From Fibrobacteria bacterium (GTDB lineage: Bacteria > Fibrobacterota > Fibrobacteria > UBA11236): a DNA stretch of 64,000 nt. Below, one piece after another: positions 39,883 to 49,787 of this stretch. How positions within the stretch are numbered: the stretch's first letter is position 1; every line of letters begins with the position of its first letter. The stretch covers positions 15,277 to 79,276 of the forward strand of contig JBJHDK010000002.1 in assembly GCA_050486505.1 (NCBI GenBank), written 5' to 3'. The notes under the pieces are model-generated. The model was given only the letters and a program-made list of their open reading frames with translations, ran no database searches and was not told the origin of the DNA. The position numbers and the translations under genes are program-made.

Positions 39883-40764
39883 ATGGCACAGACCCCTCGA
39901 AATACATGGTCGCTGACCACAATGACAATGGCATCGGCATTCGCATTGGCGCTTGCCGGATGCTTCAGCACCGACAACAAGAAGGAAGACGGTCCCGGTA
40001 CCATCGAATTCCGCATTCAGGGTGAAGACATTCCGTACCACAATCTTCTCGGTGAGGACGACCTCGGTTATGTGTACGCGGATTCGGCCACCATCGAGTA
40101 TGCGTACATGATCGTGCGCTCGCCGAAGTTGAACCCCGCGGGACACGGCCACCATCACTCGCTCGCGAAGACCGGTGCGACGCTACATTCGGGTGTCAAC
40201 CTTCCCGGTTTCTTCGCGGTCGATTTGCTGCAGGGGGCGACGCTCGGTACGGTTGAGGGCGTGGATCCGGGAAACTACGGGATCAACCCGGAGATCACGA
40301 TCTATCCGGCCAATGCTTCGGAGCGGGCGGGAGACAACATGACGGATTTCAACGAAGCGCTGGCGCAGATCCCCGAGGGGTACTCTTTCCGGTTCGGCGG
40401 GATGTTGTACATGAAGGACACGGCCGTGGGCGCGGTGCGCTATGAGGTCCGCCAAAACGTCGCGGGCATCGTCTCGATCGAGGAGTTCCCCCCGGATGGG
40501 GGCGACGGCACGCCCCTCGTCGTGAGGCCCGGCAAAACCCTCGTGGCCAGCTTCCATCCGCACATCGATCATGCGCTGGAAGTGCTTGCGGATGAAAACC
40601 AACTGGATTGGGCGTCGTTGGAGATGTCGGGAGACACCGTGGTTTTTTCCCCCGCGACGAACAACCTCGTCCTGGTCGGTAGTGACAGCGTGAATATTTA
40701 TCAGGCGCTCGAGGGCAAGATCAAGCAGGGCGACCACTGGGATGTAAACGTCATTCCGGATTGA
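39883..40764 (+). CDS. His-rich hypothetical lipoprotein
   Basis: Lipobox LAGC; GHGHHH; FAVDLL; HPHIDH. Confidence 0.8.
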   Translation: MAQTPRNTWSLTTMTMASAFALALAGCFSTDNKKEDGPGTIEFRIQGEDIPYHNLLGEDDLGYVYADSATIEYAYMIVRSPKLNPAGHGHHHSLAKTGATLHSGVNLPGFFAVDLLQGATLGTVEGVDPGNYGINPEITIYPANASERAGDNMTDFNEALAQIPEGYSFRFGGMLYMKDTAVGAVRYEVRQNVAGIVSIEEFPPDGGDGTPLVVRPGKTLVASFHPHIDHALEVLADENQLDWASLEMSGDTVVFSPATNNLVLVGSDSVNIYQALEGKIKQGDHWDVNVIPD

Positions 40765-40798
40765 ACGTCCCCGGATGGCGGCGCGGCTCTCGACTGGC

Positions 40799-41773
40799 CT
40801 ACAGGGCCAACCGCCGTGCCAATGCAAGGAGCTCGCGATCGAGCTCCTTTTTCTTTCCGACCGCGTCGGCGAAGGGGACGAGTACCATCTCGCCGCCCGC
40901 CTCGCCGGCCATCTTGCCCGTCTCGCCCGCCATCGCGGAGCGTACCGCATACGCGCCGAGGCGCGTGGCAAGCAAGCGATCGCGCGCGGTGGGGGAGCCG
41001 CCGCGCTGCATGTGCCCAAGCACCGACACGCGATAGTCGTCGCCGGTGATTTTTCGCATTTCCTCGGCAAGCGCGGGTGCGCCGCCGGGGAAGGCTCCTT
41101 CGGCGACCACGACGATGCTGCTCGTCTTGCCCGCCTTGCGGCCCCGATGCAGGCGATCGCATGTCGCCTTGAGGTCAACCGGATCCTCGGGAACAAGCAC
41201 CTCTTCGGCGCCGCCGCACAGCGCGACCTGCAGCGCGATGAAGCCGGCGTGCCGACCCATCACCTCGACGAGGAAGTAGCGCTCGTGCGATTCGGCCGTG
41301 TCGCGGATCTTGTCGATGGCCTCGAGCGCGGTGGTCACCGCAGTATCGTAGCCGATCGTTTCCTCGGTGCCATACAAGTCGTTGTCGATGGTCCCGGGAA
41401 GCCCGAGCACGATGCCGTCCCAAACCTCCTGCAGGGCCATGCACCCCGTCAGCGTTCCGTTCCCGCCGATGGCGATCAAGGCGTCGACGGCATGGGCGCG
41501 GAGGGTTTCCGCTGCGCTTGCCAGCCCCTCGGGGGTTCCGAACTCCGGGCAGCGCGAGGTGCGTAGCACCGTACCGCCGCGCTGCACGATGTTGGAGACG
41601 TCGCGCGGCCCCAAAGGATGCAATTCTTCCTTCAGCAAGCCGTAGTATCCGCGCTGAACCCCAAGGACAACATGCCCCAGCGAACAGGCTTCGCGCACCA
41701 CGCCGCGCACCGCGGCATTCATTCCGGGGGCATCCCCCCCGCTGGTCAGGACTGCGAATCGTAGATGTGCCAT
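40799..41773 (-). CDS. pfkA: ATP-dependent 6-phosphofructokinase
   Basis: LTSGGDAPGMNAA, GGTVLRTSR, PGTIDND, EVMGRHAG, LGHMQRGG. Confidence 0.96.
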   Translation of the reverse strand: MAHLRFAVLTSGGDAPGMNAAVRGVVREACSLGHVVLGVQRGYYGLLKEELHPLGPRDVSNIVQRGGTVLRTSRCPEFGTPEGLASAAETLRAHAVDALIAIGGNGTLTGCMALQEVWDGIVLGLPGTIDNDLYGTEETIGYDTAVTTALEAIDKIRDTAESHERYFLVEVMGRHAGFIALQVALCGGAEEVLVPEDPVDLKATCDRLHRGRKAGKTSSIVVVAEGAFPGGAPALAEEMRKITGDDYRVSVLGHMQRGGSPTARDRLLATRLGAYAVRSAMAGETGKMAGEAGGEMVLVPFADAVGKKKELDRELLALARRLAL

Positions 41774-41909
41774 GGCGAAAGAGTAAGCATTTCGCGCTTT
41801 CACCGACATCTTCCCGAATTCACGCGCCGGATTGCAAGCCCTGCCTTATCTTAACCTTTGCCGGCCGCATGCAGCGGCGCGCGAAAGCACCGGACATCAA
41901 GGAGGCTCC

Positions 41910-42356
41910 ATGAGTGGACTCGTCGATCTCGGAAACCGCATCCTGAACATTGCACCATCCTGGTCCTGGCTGCCGCCCCTGCTGGCGCGTATCGCGATGG
42001 GCTGGGTATTTATCACTTCGGGTCTCGGAAAGCTGCAAAACCTCGACAGGGTCACCGGCTTTTTCAACAGCCTCGGAATTCCGGCTCCCGGAGCGATGGC
42101 TCCTTTCGTCGGCACGGTCGAACTTGTTGCCGGCGTGCTTCTGATCGCGGGACTCGCGACACGCCTCTCGGCCATTCCTCTCGTCATCATCATGGTCGTC
42201 GCGCTCCTGACCGCAATCGGCCCGAGTGTCGAAGGACTGCGCGGGCTGTTCGGCACACAGGAATTTCTGTACGTCATCATGCTGATCTGGCTCATGGTCG
42301 CGGGCCCGGGCCCCGTCTCCATCGATTCGAAGGTATCCGGCAAATACCGAAGCTGA
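41910..42356 (+). CDS. DoxX family membrane protein
   Basis: LARIAMGWVFITSGLGKL, ELVAGVLLIAGLATR, GPGPVSID; AAGGAGG RBS. Confidence 0.92.
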   Translation: MSGLVDLGNRILNIAPSWSWLPPLLARIAMGWVFITSGLGKLQNLDRVTGFFNSLGIPAPGAMAPFVGTVELVAGVLLIAGLATRLSAIPLVIIMVVALLTAIGPSVEGLRGLFGTQEFLYVIMLIWLMVAGPGPVSIDSKVSGKYRS

Positions 42357-42380
42357 GAGGATCACCATCCACGCTTCCAG

Positions 42381-42407
42381 GAGCCGCCCCACCAGGGCGG
42401 CTTTTTT
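42381..42407 (+). terminator. Rho-independent terminator
   Basis: GAGCCGCCC-CACCA-GGGCGGCTT-TTTT. Confidence 0.75.
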
Positions 42408-42478
42408 CTGCGTGTCCCGGCAAAATCCCCGAAAATCGCGCGGGTTGGCGAAGCCGACCCCCACCTCCAAAAAACCAC

Positions 42479-42507
42479 TTGACATTGAATTAGAATCATT
42501 CTAAACT
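42479..42507 (+). promoter_or_regulatory. sigma70 promoter overlapped by a PerR/Fur-type 7-1-7 operator
   Basis: TTGACA-N17-TAAACT; perfect palindrome TTAGAAT-C-ATTCTAA at 42490-42504. Confidence 0.85.
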
Positions 42508-42513
42508 ATGGGC

Positions 42514-42924
42514 ATGGCACCGCTTCTCACCAAGCACCGCGAGACGATCCTCACCGTGGTTCAGTCCAGCAAGGACCACCCCACGGCGCGGCAGGTTTTC
42601 GAGCGTTCCCTGAAAAAGGATCCGCGCTTGAGCATGGCGACGGTGTACAACTCCCTGAACTTCCTGACGAGCGGGGGCTACATCCGCCGCATGGAAGCGG
42701 GCGAGGAAGGAACGCGCTACGACGGAATCCTCGCACGGCATGACCACCTGATCTGCCGCCAGTGCGGCCACATCGAAGACGTGGACGTTCTTCCCTCGGA
42801 CAAGGCGCGCGTCGCGTCCTTCCCGCATTTCCAGGTCGAAGAGGTCACGCTACGTGTGACGGGACTGTGCGCCTCTTGCCGCAAGCAGTCCCGTCAAGGC
42901 AATGGAACCGCAATCACGCCCTGA
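42514..42924 (+). CDS. perR: Fur family peroxide-responsive repressor
   Basis: [31 protein letters not shown]; upstream of dps-ahpC; alternative ATG at 42508. Confidence 0.85.
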   Translation: MAPLLTKHRETILTVVQSSKDHPTARQVFERSLKKDPRLSMATVYNSLNFLTSGGYIRRMEAGEEGTRYDGILARHDHLICRQCGHIEDVDVLPSDKARVASFPHFQVEEVTLRVTGLCASCRKQSRQGNGTAITP

Positions 42925-42941
42925 GTTTTTTTGGAATCACG

Positions 42942-42956
42942 TTAGAATTAGTCTAA
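42942..42956. promoter_or_regulatory. Second PerR-type box, upstream of dps
   Basis: TTAGAAT-T-AGTCTAA; one arm mismatch relative to the 42490 box. Confidence 0.75.
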
Positions 42957-42973
42957 ATCAATTGGAGGTCCCC

Positions 42974-43450
42974 ATGAAAGCACCCACCATCCAGATCGGC
43001 ATCAAGGAGGCGGACCGCAAGAAGGTCGCCGAAGGGCTTTCCCGCGTGCTGGCCGACAGCTACACGCTTTACCTGAAAACGCACAACTTCCACTGGAACG
43101 TGACCGGTCCAATGTTCCAGACCTTGCACCTCATGTTCGAGGAGCAATACACGGAACTCGCCACGGCCGTGGACACCATCGCGGAGCGCATCCGCGCCCT
43201 CGGCTTCCCGGCCCCGGGAACCTACTCGGCATACGCGAAACTCTCCTCGATCTCAGAGGAAGAGGGCGTGCCCGAGGCGAAGGAAATGATCCGCTTGCTC
43301 GTGCAGGGAAACGAGGCCGTCGCCCGTACGGCGCGCGAAACCTTCCCCGCCGCGGAGAAGGCCGGAGACGAACCCACCGCCGACCTGCTGACCCAGCGCA
43401 TGCAGGTCCACGAGAAAACCGCGTGGATGCTGCGGTCGCTGCTGGAATAG
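42974..43450 (+). CDS. dps: Dps family ferritin-like protein, copy 2
   Basis: Same Dps ferroxidase motifs as copy 1; GGAGG RBS. Confidence 0.96.
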   Translation: MKAPTIQIGIKEADRKKVAEGLSRVLADSYTLYLKTHNFHWNVTGPMFQTLHLMFEEQYTELATAVDTIAERIRALGFPAPGTYSAYAKLSSISEEEGVPEAKEMIRLLVQGNEAVARTARETFPAAEKAGDEPTADLLTQRMQVHEKTAWMLRSLLE

Positions 43451-43454
43451 ATGT

Positions 43455-43483
43455 GCAGGGGCGACGCATGCGTCGCCCTCAAC
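43455..43483. repeat. REP-like palindrome
   Basis: GCAGGGGCGACGCATGCGTCGCCCTCAAC. Confidence 0.7.
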
Positions 43484-43528
43484 AGAGAGCCAACCACACA
43501 GAGTCACCCAAACGAAAGGATCCATCAC

Positions 43529-44116
43529 ATGTCAACCCTCGTCACCAAACCCGCGCCCGCGTTCAAGGCCAAGGCCGTGCTGCCCGACGGCAGCTTCGGC
43601 GAAGTCGACCTCGCACAGTACCGCGGCAAGCACGTCATCGTGTATTTCTACCCGCTGGCGTTCACCTTCGTGTGTCCGACCGAAATCATCGCCTTCGACA
43701 AGAAGATCGAGGAGTTCAAGGCGCGCGGCTGTGAAATCGTCGGCGTCTCCGTCGACTCGCACCACACCCTCGCGGCCTGGCGCAACACGCCGGTCAAGGA
43801 GGGCGGCATCGGCGCCATCCGTCACCCGGTGGTGTCCGACCTGAACAAGCAGATCGCACGTGACTACGGCATCCTCTTCAACGAGGAAGTCGCCCTGCGC
43901 GGACTGTTCCTGATCGACAAGGAGGGCGTCGTGCGCCACGCGCTGGTGAACGACCTGCCGCTCGGCCGCAGTGTGGATGAAGCCATCCGCACGCTCGACG
44001 CACTGCAGTTCTTCGAGGAGAACGGCGAAGTCTGCCCGGCCAACTGGCACAAGGGCGACGAGGCCATCAAGGAAACCCGCGACTCCGTGGGTGCGTACCT
44101 GGCGAAGTCGGCCTGA
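43529..44116 (+). CDS. ahpC: Typical 2-Cys peroxiredoxin
   Basis: FYPLAFTFVCPTEI, ALRGLFLID, GRSVDE, GEVCPANW. Confidence 0.95.
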   Translation: MSTLVTKPAPAFKAKAVLPDGSFGEVDLAQYRGKHVIVYFYPLAFTFVCPTEIIAFDKKIEEFKARGCEIVGVSVDSHHTLAAWRNTPVKEGGIGAIRHPVVSDLNKQIARDYGILFNEEVALRGLFLIDKEGVVRHALVNDLPLGRSVDEAIRTLDALQFFEENGEVCPANWHKGDEAIKETRDSVGAYLAKSA

Positions 44117-44365
44117 CCCTTCCGGTCTTCCGCACGCTTTCGACGAAAGTGATGCGGGGGACCCCCTGTAAGCAAGCCTGCCCCCGCGCTGCGACTACGG
44201 AGACAAAGCGGGGGCGCAACGGAGGGGGCCGGAGCCAATTCGGTTCTCCGTTGCCAGGAGGCTCCGGATCCGTCCGGAGCCTCCACCGTTTTCGCCCGTC
44301 GCAGCGCACGAAGCCGCGGCGGATACTTATGATGTTTGCGTTCGCCCGCGAAAGGAAGTGCGCGC

Positions 44366-45148
44366 ATGGACATTTTCTGGATCGCGGTCCTGGCCAGCCT
44401 TGCCGCGGGCGCCGCCACGGGACTTGGGGCGCTTCCGGTTCTTTTCTTCCGCACACTGTCCGCACGCATGCGCGACGGGTTCCTCGGCTTCAGCGCAGGC
44501 GTCATGCTCGCGGCGTCGGCGTTCTCCCTGATCATCCCCGGAATCGAAGCCGCTTCGGAGCGCACGGGCACGACGATCGCCGCGGTCATCGTCGGTGCGG
44601 GGATCCTGCTGGGCGGCGGCTTCGTTTGGTTGATCCACGCCTTGGTGCCGCACGAGCACTTCGTGAAGGGGGCGGAAGGGACGACGGTTGCCGAGGCCCG
44701 CAAAATCCGTCGCATCTGGCTGTTCATCCTCGCCATCGCGGTCCACAACCTTCCCGAGGGACTGGCCGTCGGCGTCGGATTCGGAGGAGAAAACATCGGA
44801 AACGGAGTCGCCCTCGCCATCGGCATCGGGCTGCAAAACCTGCCCGAGGGTTTCGCTGTGGCGGTCGCATTGTTGGGAATCAAGGGAATGACGCCCTGGA
44901 GGGCGGCAGGCATCGCTTTGCTGACGGGCCTGCTCGAGCCCGTGGGCGGAGCGATCGGCGCCGGGCTTGTGACGACGTCGGTCCTGCTGCTTCCGTGGGG
45001 ACTCGCCTTCGCGGCCGGGGCGATGCTCTTCGTCATCAGCAACGAGATCATCCCGGAGACTCACGCGCAGGGGAACGAGCGCGAGGCCACTGCAGGCCTC
45101 ATGATCGGCTTCGTCGTGATGATGGTTCTCGATGTGACCTTGGGCTGA
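44366..45148 (+). CDS. ZIP family metal transporter (GufA/ZupT-like)
   Basis: GFSAGVML, PHEH, HNLPEGLAVG, QNLPEG, AAGAMLFV..EIIPE. Confidence 0.94.
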   Translation: MDIFWIAVLASLAAGAATGLGALPVLFFRTLSARMRDGFLGFSAGVMLAASAFSLIIPGIEAASERTGTTIAAVIVGAGILLGGGFVWLIHALVPHEHFVKGAEGTTVAEARKIRRIWLFILAIAVHNLPEGLAVGVGFGGENIGNGVALAIGIGLQNLPEGFAVAVALLGIKGMTPWRAAGIALLTGLLEPVGGAIGAGLVTTSVLLLPWGLAFAAGAMLFVISNEIIPETHAQGNEREATAGLMIGFVVMMVLDVTLG

Positions 45149-45183
45149 CGCAGCATCAACCCAAGATCGCTTCGACAGGCAGG

Positions 45184-45663
45184 CTAGTGCCCGTGGTGGC
45201 GGTGGTAGAAGTCGTCGGGATCGGGCGGCGCGATGCCGCGGAGGGTTTCCTGGAGCATGATGGCGACTTCGATCAGGGTGTTCATGCGCAGCCGCGCCTC
45301 TTCGGACTCCTCATCCTCAGGAAAGGGCGCGAGACAATCGCGTAGTTCGCAATACCGCACGGCGCGCGCATAGGCATCCGGGAACGCCCTGCGATGACGT
45401 TCGAGAAACGCCATGCCGACATGGATGAAGGCCTCGGGCTGGTAATGCCCGTCAAGCACTTCCTCCGCTTTCTTCGAAGCCTGCACCACCCGGTAATCCG
45501 CATGCCAGTACCATGTGGCTACCGCCGCGATCAGTGCAACCACCAGACCGTATACCAGGTGGATTCCCTGCCTGTTTCCGGATCGGGGAGGCAGGGTCAG
45601 GGCCGTGATCAACACAAACGCAGCCGTTGCCGCCACGGTCACGATCAACAAAGATGAATTCAT
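45184..45663 (-). CDS. Hypothetical two-TM protein with a His-rich tail
   Basis: GGAG RBS; two N-terminal TM segments; ends HRHHGH. Confidence 0.65.
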   Translation of the reverse strand: MNSSLLIVTVAATAAFVLITALTLPPRSGNRQGIHLVYGLVVALIAAVATWYWHADYRVVQASKKAEEVLDGHYQPEAFIHVGMAFLERHRRAFPDAYARAVRYCELRDCLAPFPEDEESEEARLRMNTLIEVAIMLQETLRGIAPPDPDDFYHRHHGH

Positions 45664-45744
45664 GCGGTCTCCAGGAAACTCAAACGGTTACCCAAAATAG
45701 TCAAAGCAGGGAGGAGCATGGCTGTTCGCAAGGAAAGCGGCCAT

Positions 45745-45782
45745 GACAATCCCGGACAAACCGCGCTTTGTCCGGGATTGTC
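45745..45782. promoter_or_regulatory. Perfect 16-bp inverted repeat upstream of the guanidine operon
   Basis: GACAATCCCGGACAAA-CCGCGC-TTTGTCCGGGATTGTC; function inferred only. Confidence 0.5.
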
Positions 45783-45846
45783 GTTCTTGATGCGGCCCCG
45801 GGGTGACAAATGTTCGTTTCTGTGCCTGCACCCGACAGAATCGGCG

Positions 45847-45861
45847 CGGCACGGTTTTTGT
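45847..45861 (+). promoter_or_regulatory. Candidate sigma54 -24/-12 promoter
   Basis: CGGCACGGTTTTTGT (GG-N10-GT variant of TGGCACG-N4-TTGC). Confidence 0.45.
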
Positions 45862-45912
45862 TTCGGACTTGGTGACGGAGTCCTCCCTTTCATTTTATGC
45901 ACGGGGTCAAGC

Positions 45913-46920
45913 ATGCACACGATCAAGGTTTTCCTGCAGCGCGCCGGTCTCTCCGGCGTCGTCGCCGCTCTCGCCTTTTCACTCTCCATCGTCGCGCTCA
46001 AGGCGCAGGCAAGCCCGCTCAAGATCGGTTACAGCGACTGGCCGGGCTGGGTCGCCTGGGATATCGGCATCCAGAAAGGGTGGTTCAGGGAAGCAGGAGT
46101 CGACGTGGAGTTTCTGTGGTTCGAATACGTCCCCTCCATGGACGCTTTCGCCGCCGGCCAACTCGACGCGGTGGCGATGACCAATGGAGACGCCCTCGTC
46201 ACGGGGTCAACAGGCGCGAAAAGCGTCGCCATCCTCCTCAACGACTACAGCAACGGCAATGACATGCTGGTCGCACGCCCCGGCATCCGTAATCTCGGGC
46301 AACTCAAGGGGAAGCGGATCGGCGTCGAGGTCGGCTTCGTCGGTCACTTGCTGCTGCTCAATGCCCTGCAGTCCGCAGGACTGAAGGAAACCGACGTGAC
46401 CCTCGTCGACATTCCCACCGACCAGACCCCGCAGGCCCTCGGAGGCGGTCAGGTCGATGCCATCGTCGCCTGGCAACCGAACAGCGGACAAGCCCTCACC
46501 GCCCTGCCCGGTTCGCGCGCACTCTTCACCAGCGCAGACGCGCCGGGAATCATCTACGACGTGCTTGCCGTCAATCCACGCTCCCTCGCCACCCGCCGCG
46601 ACGACTGGAAGAAGGTCGTGGGCGTGTGGTTCCGCATCGCCGACTTCATCAACGACCCCGCCAATCTCGCGGAAGCCAGCCGCATCATGGGAGCACGCGT
46701 GGGGCTTCCCGCCGACGAGTACGCGAAACTGATGAAAGGCACCTTCTTTCTGGGCAAGGAAGGCAACCTGAAGCACTTCCGCGAAGGAAACGACCTGACC
46801 TCGGTGTTCCACTCCAACCGGGTGGTCGACGCGTTCAATCTCGAGTACGGGGTCTACGAGGAGTCGCAGAACGATCCCTCCTATCTCGATCCCTCGCTCG
46901 TGCTGGAGTTGGCGAAATAA
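45913..46920 (+). CDS. ABC transporter substrate-binding protein (urea/guanidine carboxylase-associated)
   Basis: Signal peptide; [26 protein letters not shown]. Confidence 0.9.
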   Translation: MHTIKVFLQRAGLSGVVAALAFSLSIVALKAQASPLKIGYSDWPGWVAWDIGIQKGWFREAGVDVEFLWFEYVPSMDAFAAGQLDAVAMTNGDALVTGSTGAKSVAILLNDYSNGNDMLVARPGIRNLGQLKGKRIGVEVGFVGHLLLLNALQSAGLKETDVTLVDIPTDQTPQALGGGQVDAIVAWQPNSGQALTALPGSRALFTSADAPGIIYDVLAVNPRSLATRRDDWKKVVGVWFRIADFINDPANLAEASRIMGARVGLPADEYAKLMKGTFFLGKEGNLKHFREGNDLTSVFHSNRVVDAFNLEYGVYEESQNDPSYLDPSLVLELAK

Positions 46921-47016
46921 AGCCCGCGTGACGGGTCTCCGGGCCCGGTTGAAATCAAGGTGCAACGGCGTTCCGCACTGTCTGGGCCGTCGCCGTCGCC
47001 TGGAGCCTTTTTCGAA

Positions 47017-48075
47017 ATGACTTCCACATCCAATGCGCCCTGGTTCGCCCTGCGCAAGGACGTTCCGGTGCGCGCGCGCGGGCTGATGCTGGTGATGGCC
47101 TTCGTGGTGCCGCTGGGGGTTTGGTCGGCGGTCAGTTATCTCCCGTTTCTCTGGCACCCGCTGGTGTTGATCACCGACCCCGGGGACGCGAGCGTCGAAG
47201 GGTTTCACGACTATCTCGCGCGCGGCATGCTTGTCGAACGCGACGTCTTCAACGAGCGTAACGCGGAGCTTGCCGATGCCGGCGCCGCACTCGCCACGGG
47301 CATCCGCAAGAACCCCATCTACCTGCCCGCCCCGCACCAGGTCGCCGTCGCCTTCTACACAGGCTTCAGAACCCCTCCCGTACGCACGGGGGACCTGTGG
47401 TTGCACGAGAGCCTCGCGCACAGCGTCCGCGTGATCTTCAAGGGATTCTTTCTCGCGGTCCTTCTCGGCCTTCCGCTCGGGGTCCTGTGCGGATCCTTCG
47501 CCTTCTGGTCGCGCATCTTCGAGCCCTTCGTCGACTTCATCCGCTACATGCCCGCGCCCGTGTTCGGCGCGCTGGCCGTCGCGATCTGGGGACTGCACGA
47601 CGCACCCAAGGTCGCGGTCATCTTCATCGGAACGTTCTTTCAGCTCGTGCTGGTGACGGCCAACACGACAAGAAAAGTGGACGGGGCGCTCCTGGAGGCC
47701 GCACAAACCTTGGGGTGCTCGCGCCGCCAAATGCTTTTGCACGTGATCATCCCGTCCGCGATGCCGGGGCTGTACCGCGACCTGCGCATCCTGCTCGGCT
47801 GGGCTTGGACCTACCTCGTGGTGGCGGAACTCATCGGGGTGAAGTCAGGCATCACGGCCTTCCTTTATCAGGCGCAACGCTACAAGCAATTCGACAACGT
47901 GTATGCCGCCATGCTGATGATCGGGTTGATCGGGTTGTTCTCCGACCAGATCCTCGCCTGGATCGAAAAGCGGATCTTTCCCTGGCAGGAAGGTGCGCGT
48001 TCCTTCAGCAATCCGTTCCGTCGGCGCGCGACGCGCGTTGTGCCTGCCGCGTTGAACCCCGGAGGCACGCCGTGA
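47017..48075 (+). CDS. ABC transporter permease (SsuC/TauC-like)
   Basis: [23 protein letters not shown] motif, [15 protein letters not shown]. Confidence 0.92.
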   Translation: MTSTSNAPWFALRKDVPVRARGLMLVMAFVVPLGVWSAVSYLPFLWHPLVLITDPGDASVEGFHDYLARGMLVERDVFNERNAELADAGAALATGIRKNPIYLPAPHQVAVAFYTGFRTPPVRTGDLWLHESLAHSVRVIFKGFFLAVLLGLPLGVLCGSFAFWSRIFEPFVDFIRYMPAPVFGALAVAIWGLHDAPKVAVIFIGTFFQLVLVTANTTRKVDGALLEAAQTLGCSRRQMLLHVIIPSAMPGLYRDLRILLGWAWTYLVVAELIGVKSGITAFLYQAQRYKQFDNVYAAMLMIGLIGLFSDQILAWIEKRIFPWQEGARSFSNPFRRRATRVVPAALNPGGTP

Positions 48076-48965
48076 ACGGCTTCAACTACAAGACGCAGTC
48101 CGAGGCCGTCGCGGAACGTTTTCGCAAGCTCAAGGAACGCCCCGTCGTCCTGGAAGTCAACGGCCTGCAAAAGAGTTTCAGCGGAATGCATGTGCTGAAG
48201 GAAGTGAACCTCGAGGTGCGGCGACGGGAGTTCCTCTGCGTGGTCGGCGCATCGGGGTGCGGCAAGTCGACACTCGTGCGTCTTCTCGCCGGGCTTGAGG
48301 ATCCGGACGGCGGCGAGGTGCTGCTCGACGGCAAGCCCGCGCGCGGGCCCTGCGCCTCACGGGGAATGGTCTTTCAGGGTTACACGCTGTTTCCATGGTT
48401 GAACGTGCGTCGCAACATCATGTTCGGCCCGCGCATGCAGGGCAAGGGACGCGAGGCTTCCGCCGAGGAGGCCGACCAGTGGATCCAGCTCGTGGGGCTT
48501 TCCGATTTCGCGGACGCTTACCCGCACCAGCTTTCGGGAGGCATGAAGCAGCGCGTCGCGATCGCGCGGGCCCTGGCAAACTCACCGCGCATCCTGCTCA
48601 TGGACGAACCCTTCGGAGCCCTCGACGCGCAGACGCGCGCACAAATGCAGCGCAACCTGCTCCACATCTGGCGCAACGCCGACGTCACCATCGTCTTCAT
48701 CACGCACGATCTCGACGAGGCCATCTACCTCGCGGACCGCATCCTCGTGCTGCGCCCCAAGCCCGGCCCCGGACGCGAGAGCATCGCGGAACGCATCGAA
48801 GTCTCCGTCCCGCGACCGCGCACCCCGGAACAGTTCGCCTCACCCGAGTTCGTCGCCACGCGTCGCCGCCTCGAAGAGTGGATCCATCCCGCCGGATCGG
48901 AGAACACGAACGAGGACAACCTGCCCCGCCTGCGCCTCACCCGCGTGGGCGACGAGGTGGAATGA
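48072..48965 (+). CDS. ABC transporter ATP-binding protein
   Basis: [30 protein letters not shown] overlaps the permease stop. Confidence 0.95.
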   Translation: MNGFNYKTQSEAVAERFRKLKERPVVLEVNGLQKSFSGMHVLKEVNLEVRRREFLCVVGASGCGKSTLVRLLAGLEDPDGGEVLLDGKPARGPCASRGMVFQGYTLFPWLNVRRNIMFGPRMQGKGREASAEEADQWIQLVGLSDFADAYPHQLSGGMKQRVAIARALANSPRILLMDEPFGALDAQTRAQMQRNLLHIWRNADVTIVFITHDLDEAIYLADRILVLRPKPGPGRESIAERIEVSVPRPRTPEQFASPEFVATRRRLEEWIHPAGSENTNEDNLPRLRLTRVGDEVE

Positions 48966-48977
48966 CAGGGGACCGAT

Positions 48978-49005
48978 GTAGGGGCAAATGATCATTTGCC
49001 CCTAC
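48978..49005. repeat. GTAG-type REP-like palindrome
   Basis: Perfect 28-bp palindrome GTAGGGGCAAATGATCATTTGCCCCTAC. Confidence 0.88.
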
Positions 49006-49064
49006 CCTCGTCGCCCAAAAAAACCGTACGGATGAGGCATGCCTCATCCCAACAGGGAGATGAT

Positions 49065-49787
49065 ATGACACCCACTTTCCACACCGAAACCCTCCCCGGC
49101 GGGGCGGCCACCTCGCTCATCCTGCGGCGCGGCCTCGCACTGCGACTGACGTCGGGAGGCAACAGCGCGAACGTCTCCGCCCTGCTCTTCAACTCCGACC
49201 GTCCGCTGGAACGCTACAACATGCCCGATACCCTGAAGGGGCAGTACACCGCCTTCCTGACGGCGGGCCGCGCCCTGTACTCCGACATGGGACGGGTGCT
49301 GTGCTCGATCACGGAAGACTCCTGCGGGTGGCACGACACCATCGGAGGGGTGCTTGATGCCCGGCGCGCTGCGGGAAAGTACGGTGTGCTGACCTACCAG
49401 CAGGCCCGCAACGATTTCCACCGCAACGGGCGCGATAATTTTCTGATCGAACTCGCCAAGCACGGGCTCGGCAAGCGCGACCTGCACGCCAACGTCAATT
49501 TCTTCAGCAAGGTCGCCGTGGATGAGGAAGGCAGCCTGCGCTTCGTCGAGGGACACGCGTCTGCGGAATCCTTCGTGGAGCTGCGCGCGGAGATGAACAC
49601 CTTGGTCGTTTTATCGAACACCCCGCATCCGCTCGCGCCCGCAGGCGCGTGGAATCCGCCGCCGGTCGGGCTCTCCGTGCGCGCCGTGCCGCCTCCCGAC
49701 ATGGACGACGCATGCCGGACATCCCGTCCCGAGAACGGGCGCGCCTTCGTCAACACCGAAACCCTGAACCGGTTGGAGACCGCCTGA
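49065..49787 (+). CDS. cgdA: DUF1989 protein, carboxyguanidine deiminase subunit (UAAP1-like)
   Basis: [39 protein letters not shown]. Confidence 0.85.
   Translation: MTPTFHTETLPGGAATSLILRRGLALRLTSGGNSANVSALLFNSDRPLERYNMPDTLKGQYTAFLTAGRALYSDMGRVLCSITEDSCGWHDTIGGVLDARRAAGKYGVLTYQQARNDFHRNGRDNFLIELAKHGLGKRDLHANVNFFSKVAVDEEGSLRFVEGHASAESFVELRAEMNTLVVLSNTPHPLAPAGAWNPPPVGLSVRAVPPPDMDDACRTSRPENGRAFVNTETLNRLETA

Noticed and set aside
46921..47016. GCAACGGCG as an ANTAR-type hairpin or guanidine-II motif inside the ABC operon
   Set aside because: Stem pairing is weak and there is no properly spaced second hairpin
47397..48071. N-terminal extension on the ABC ATPase (522-aa ORF)
   Set aside because: Out-of-frame overlap with the permease; a GTG at 48072 couples to the permease stop
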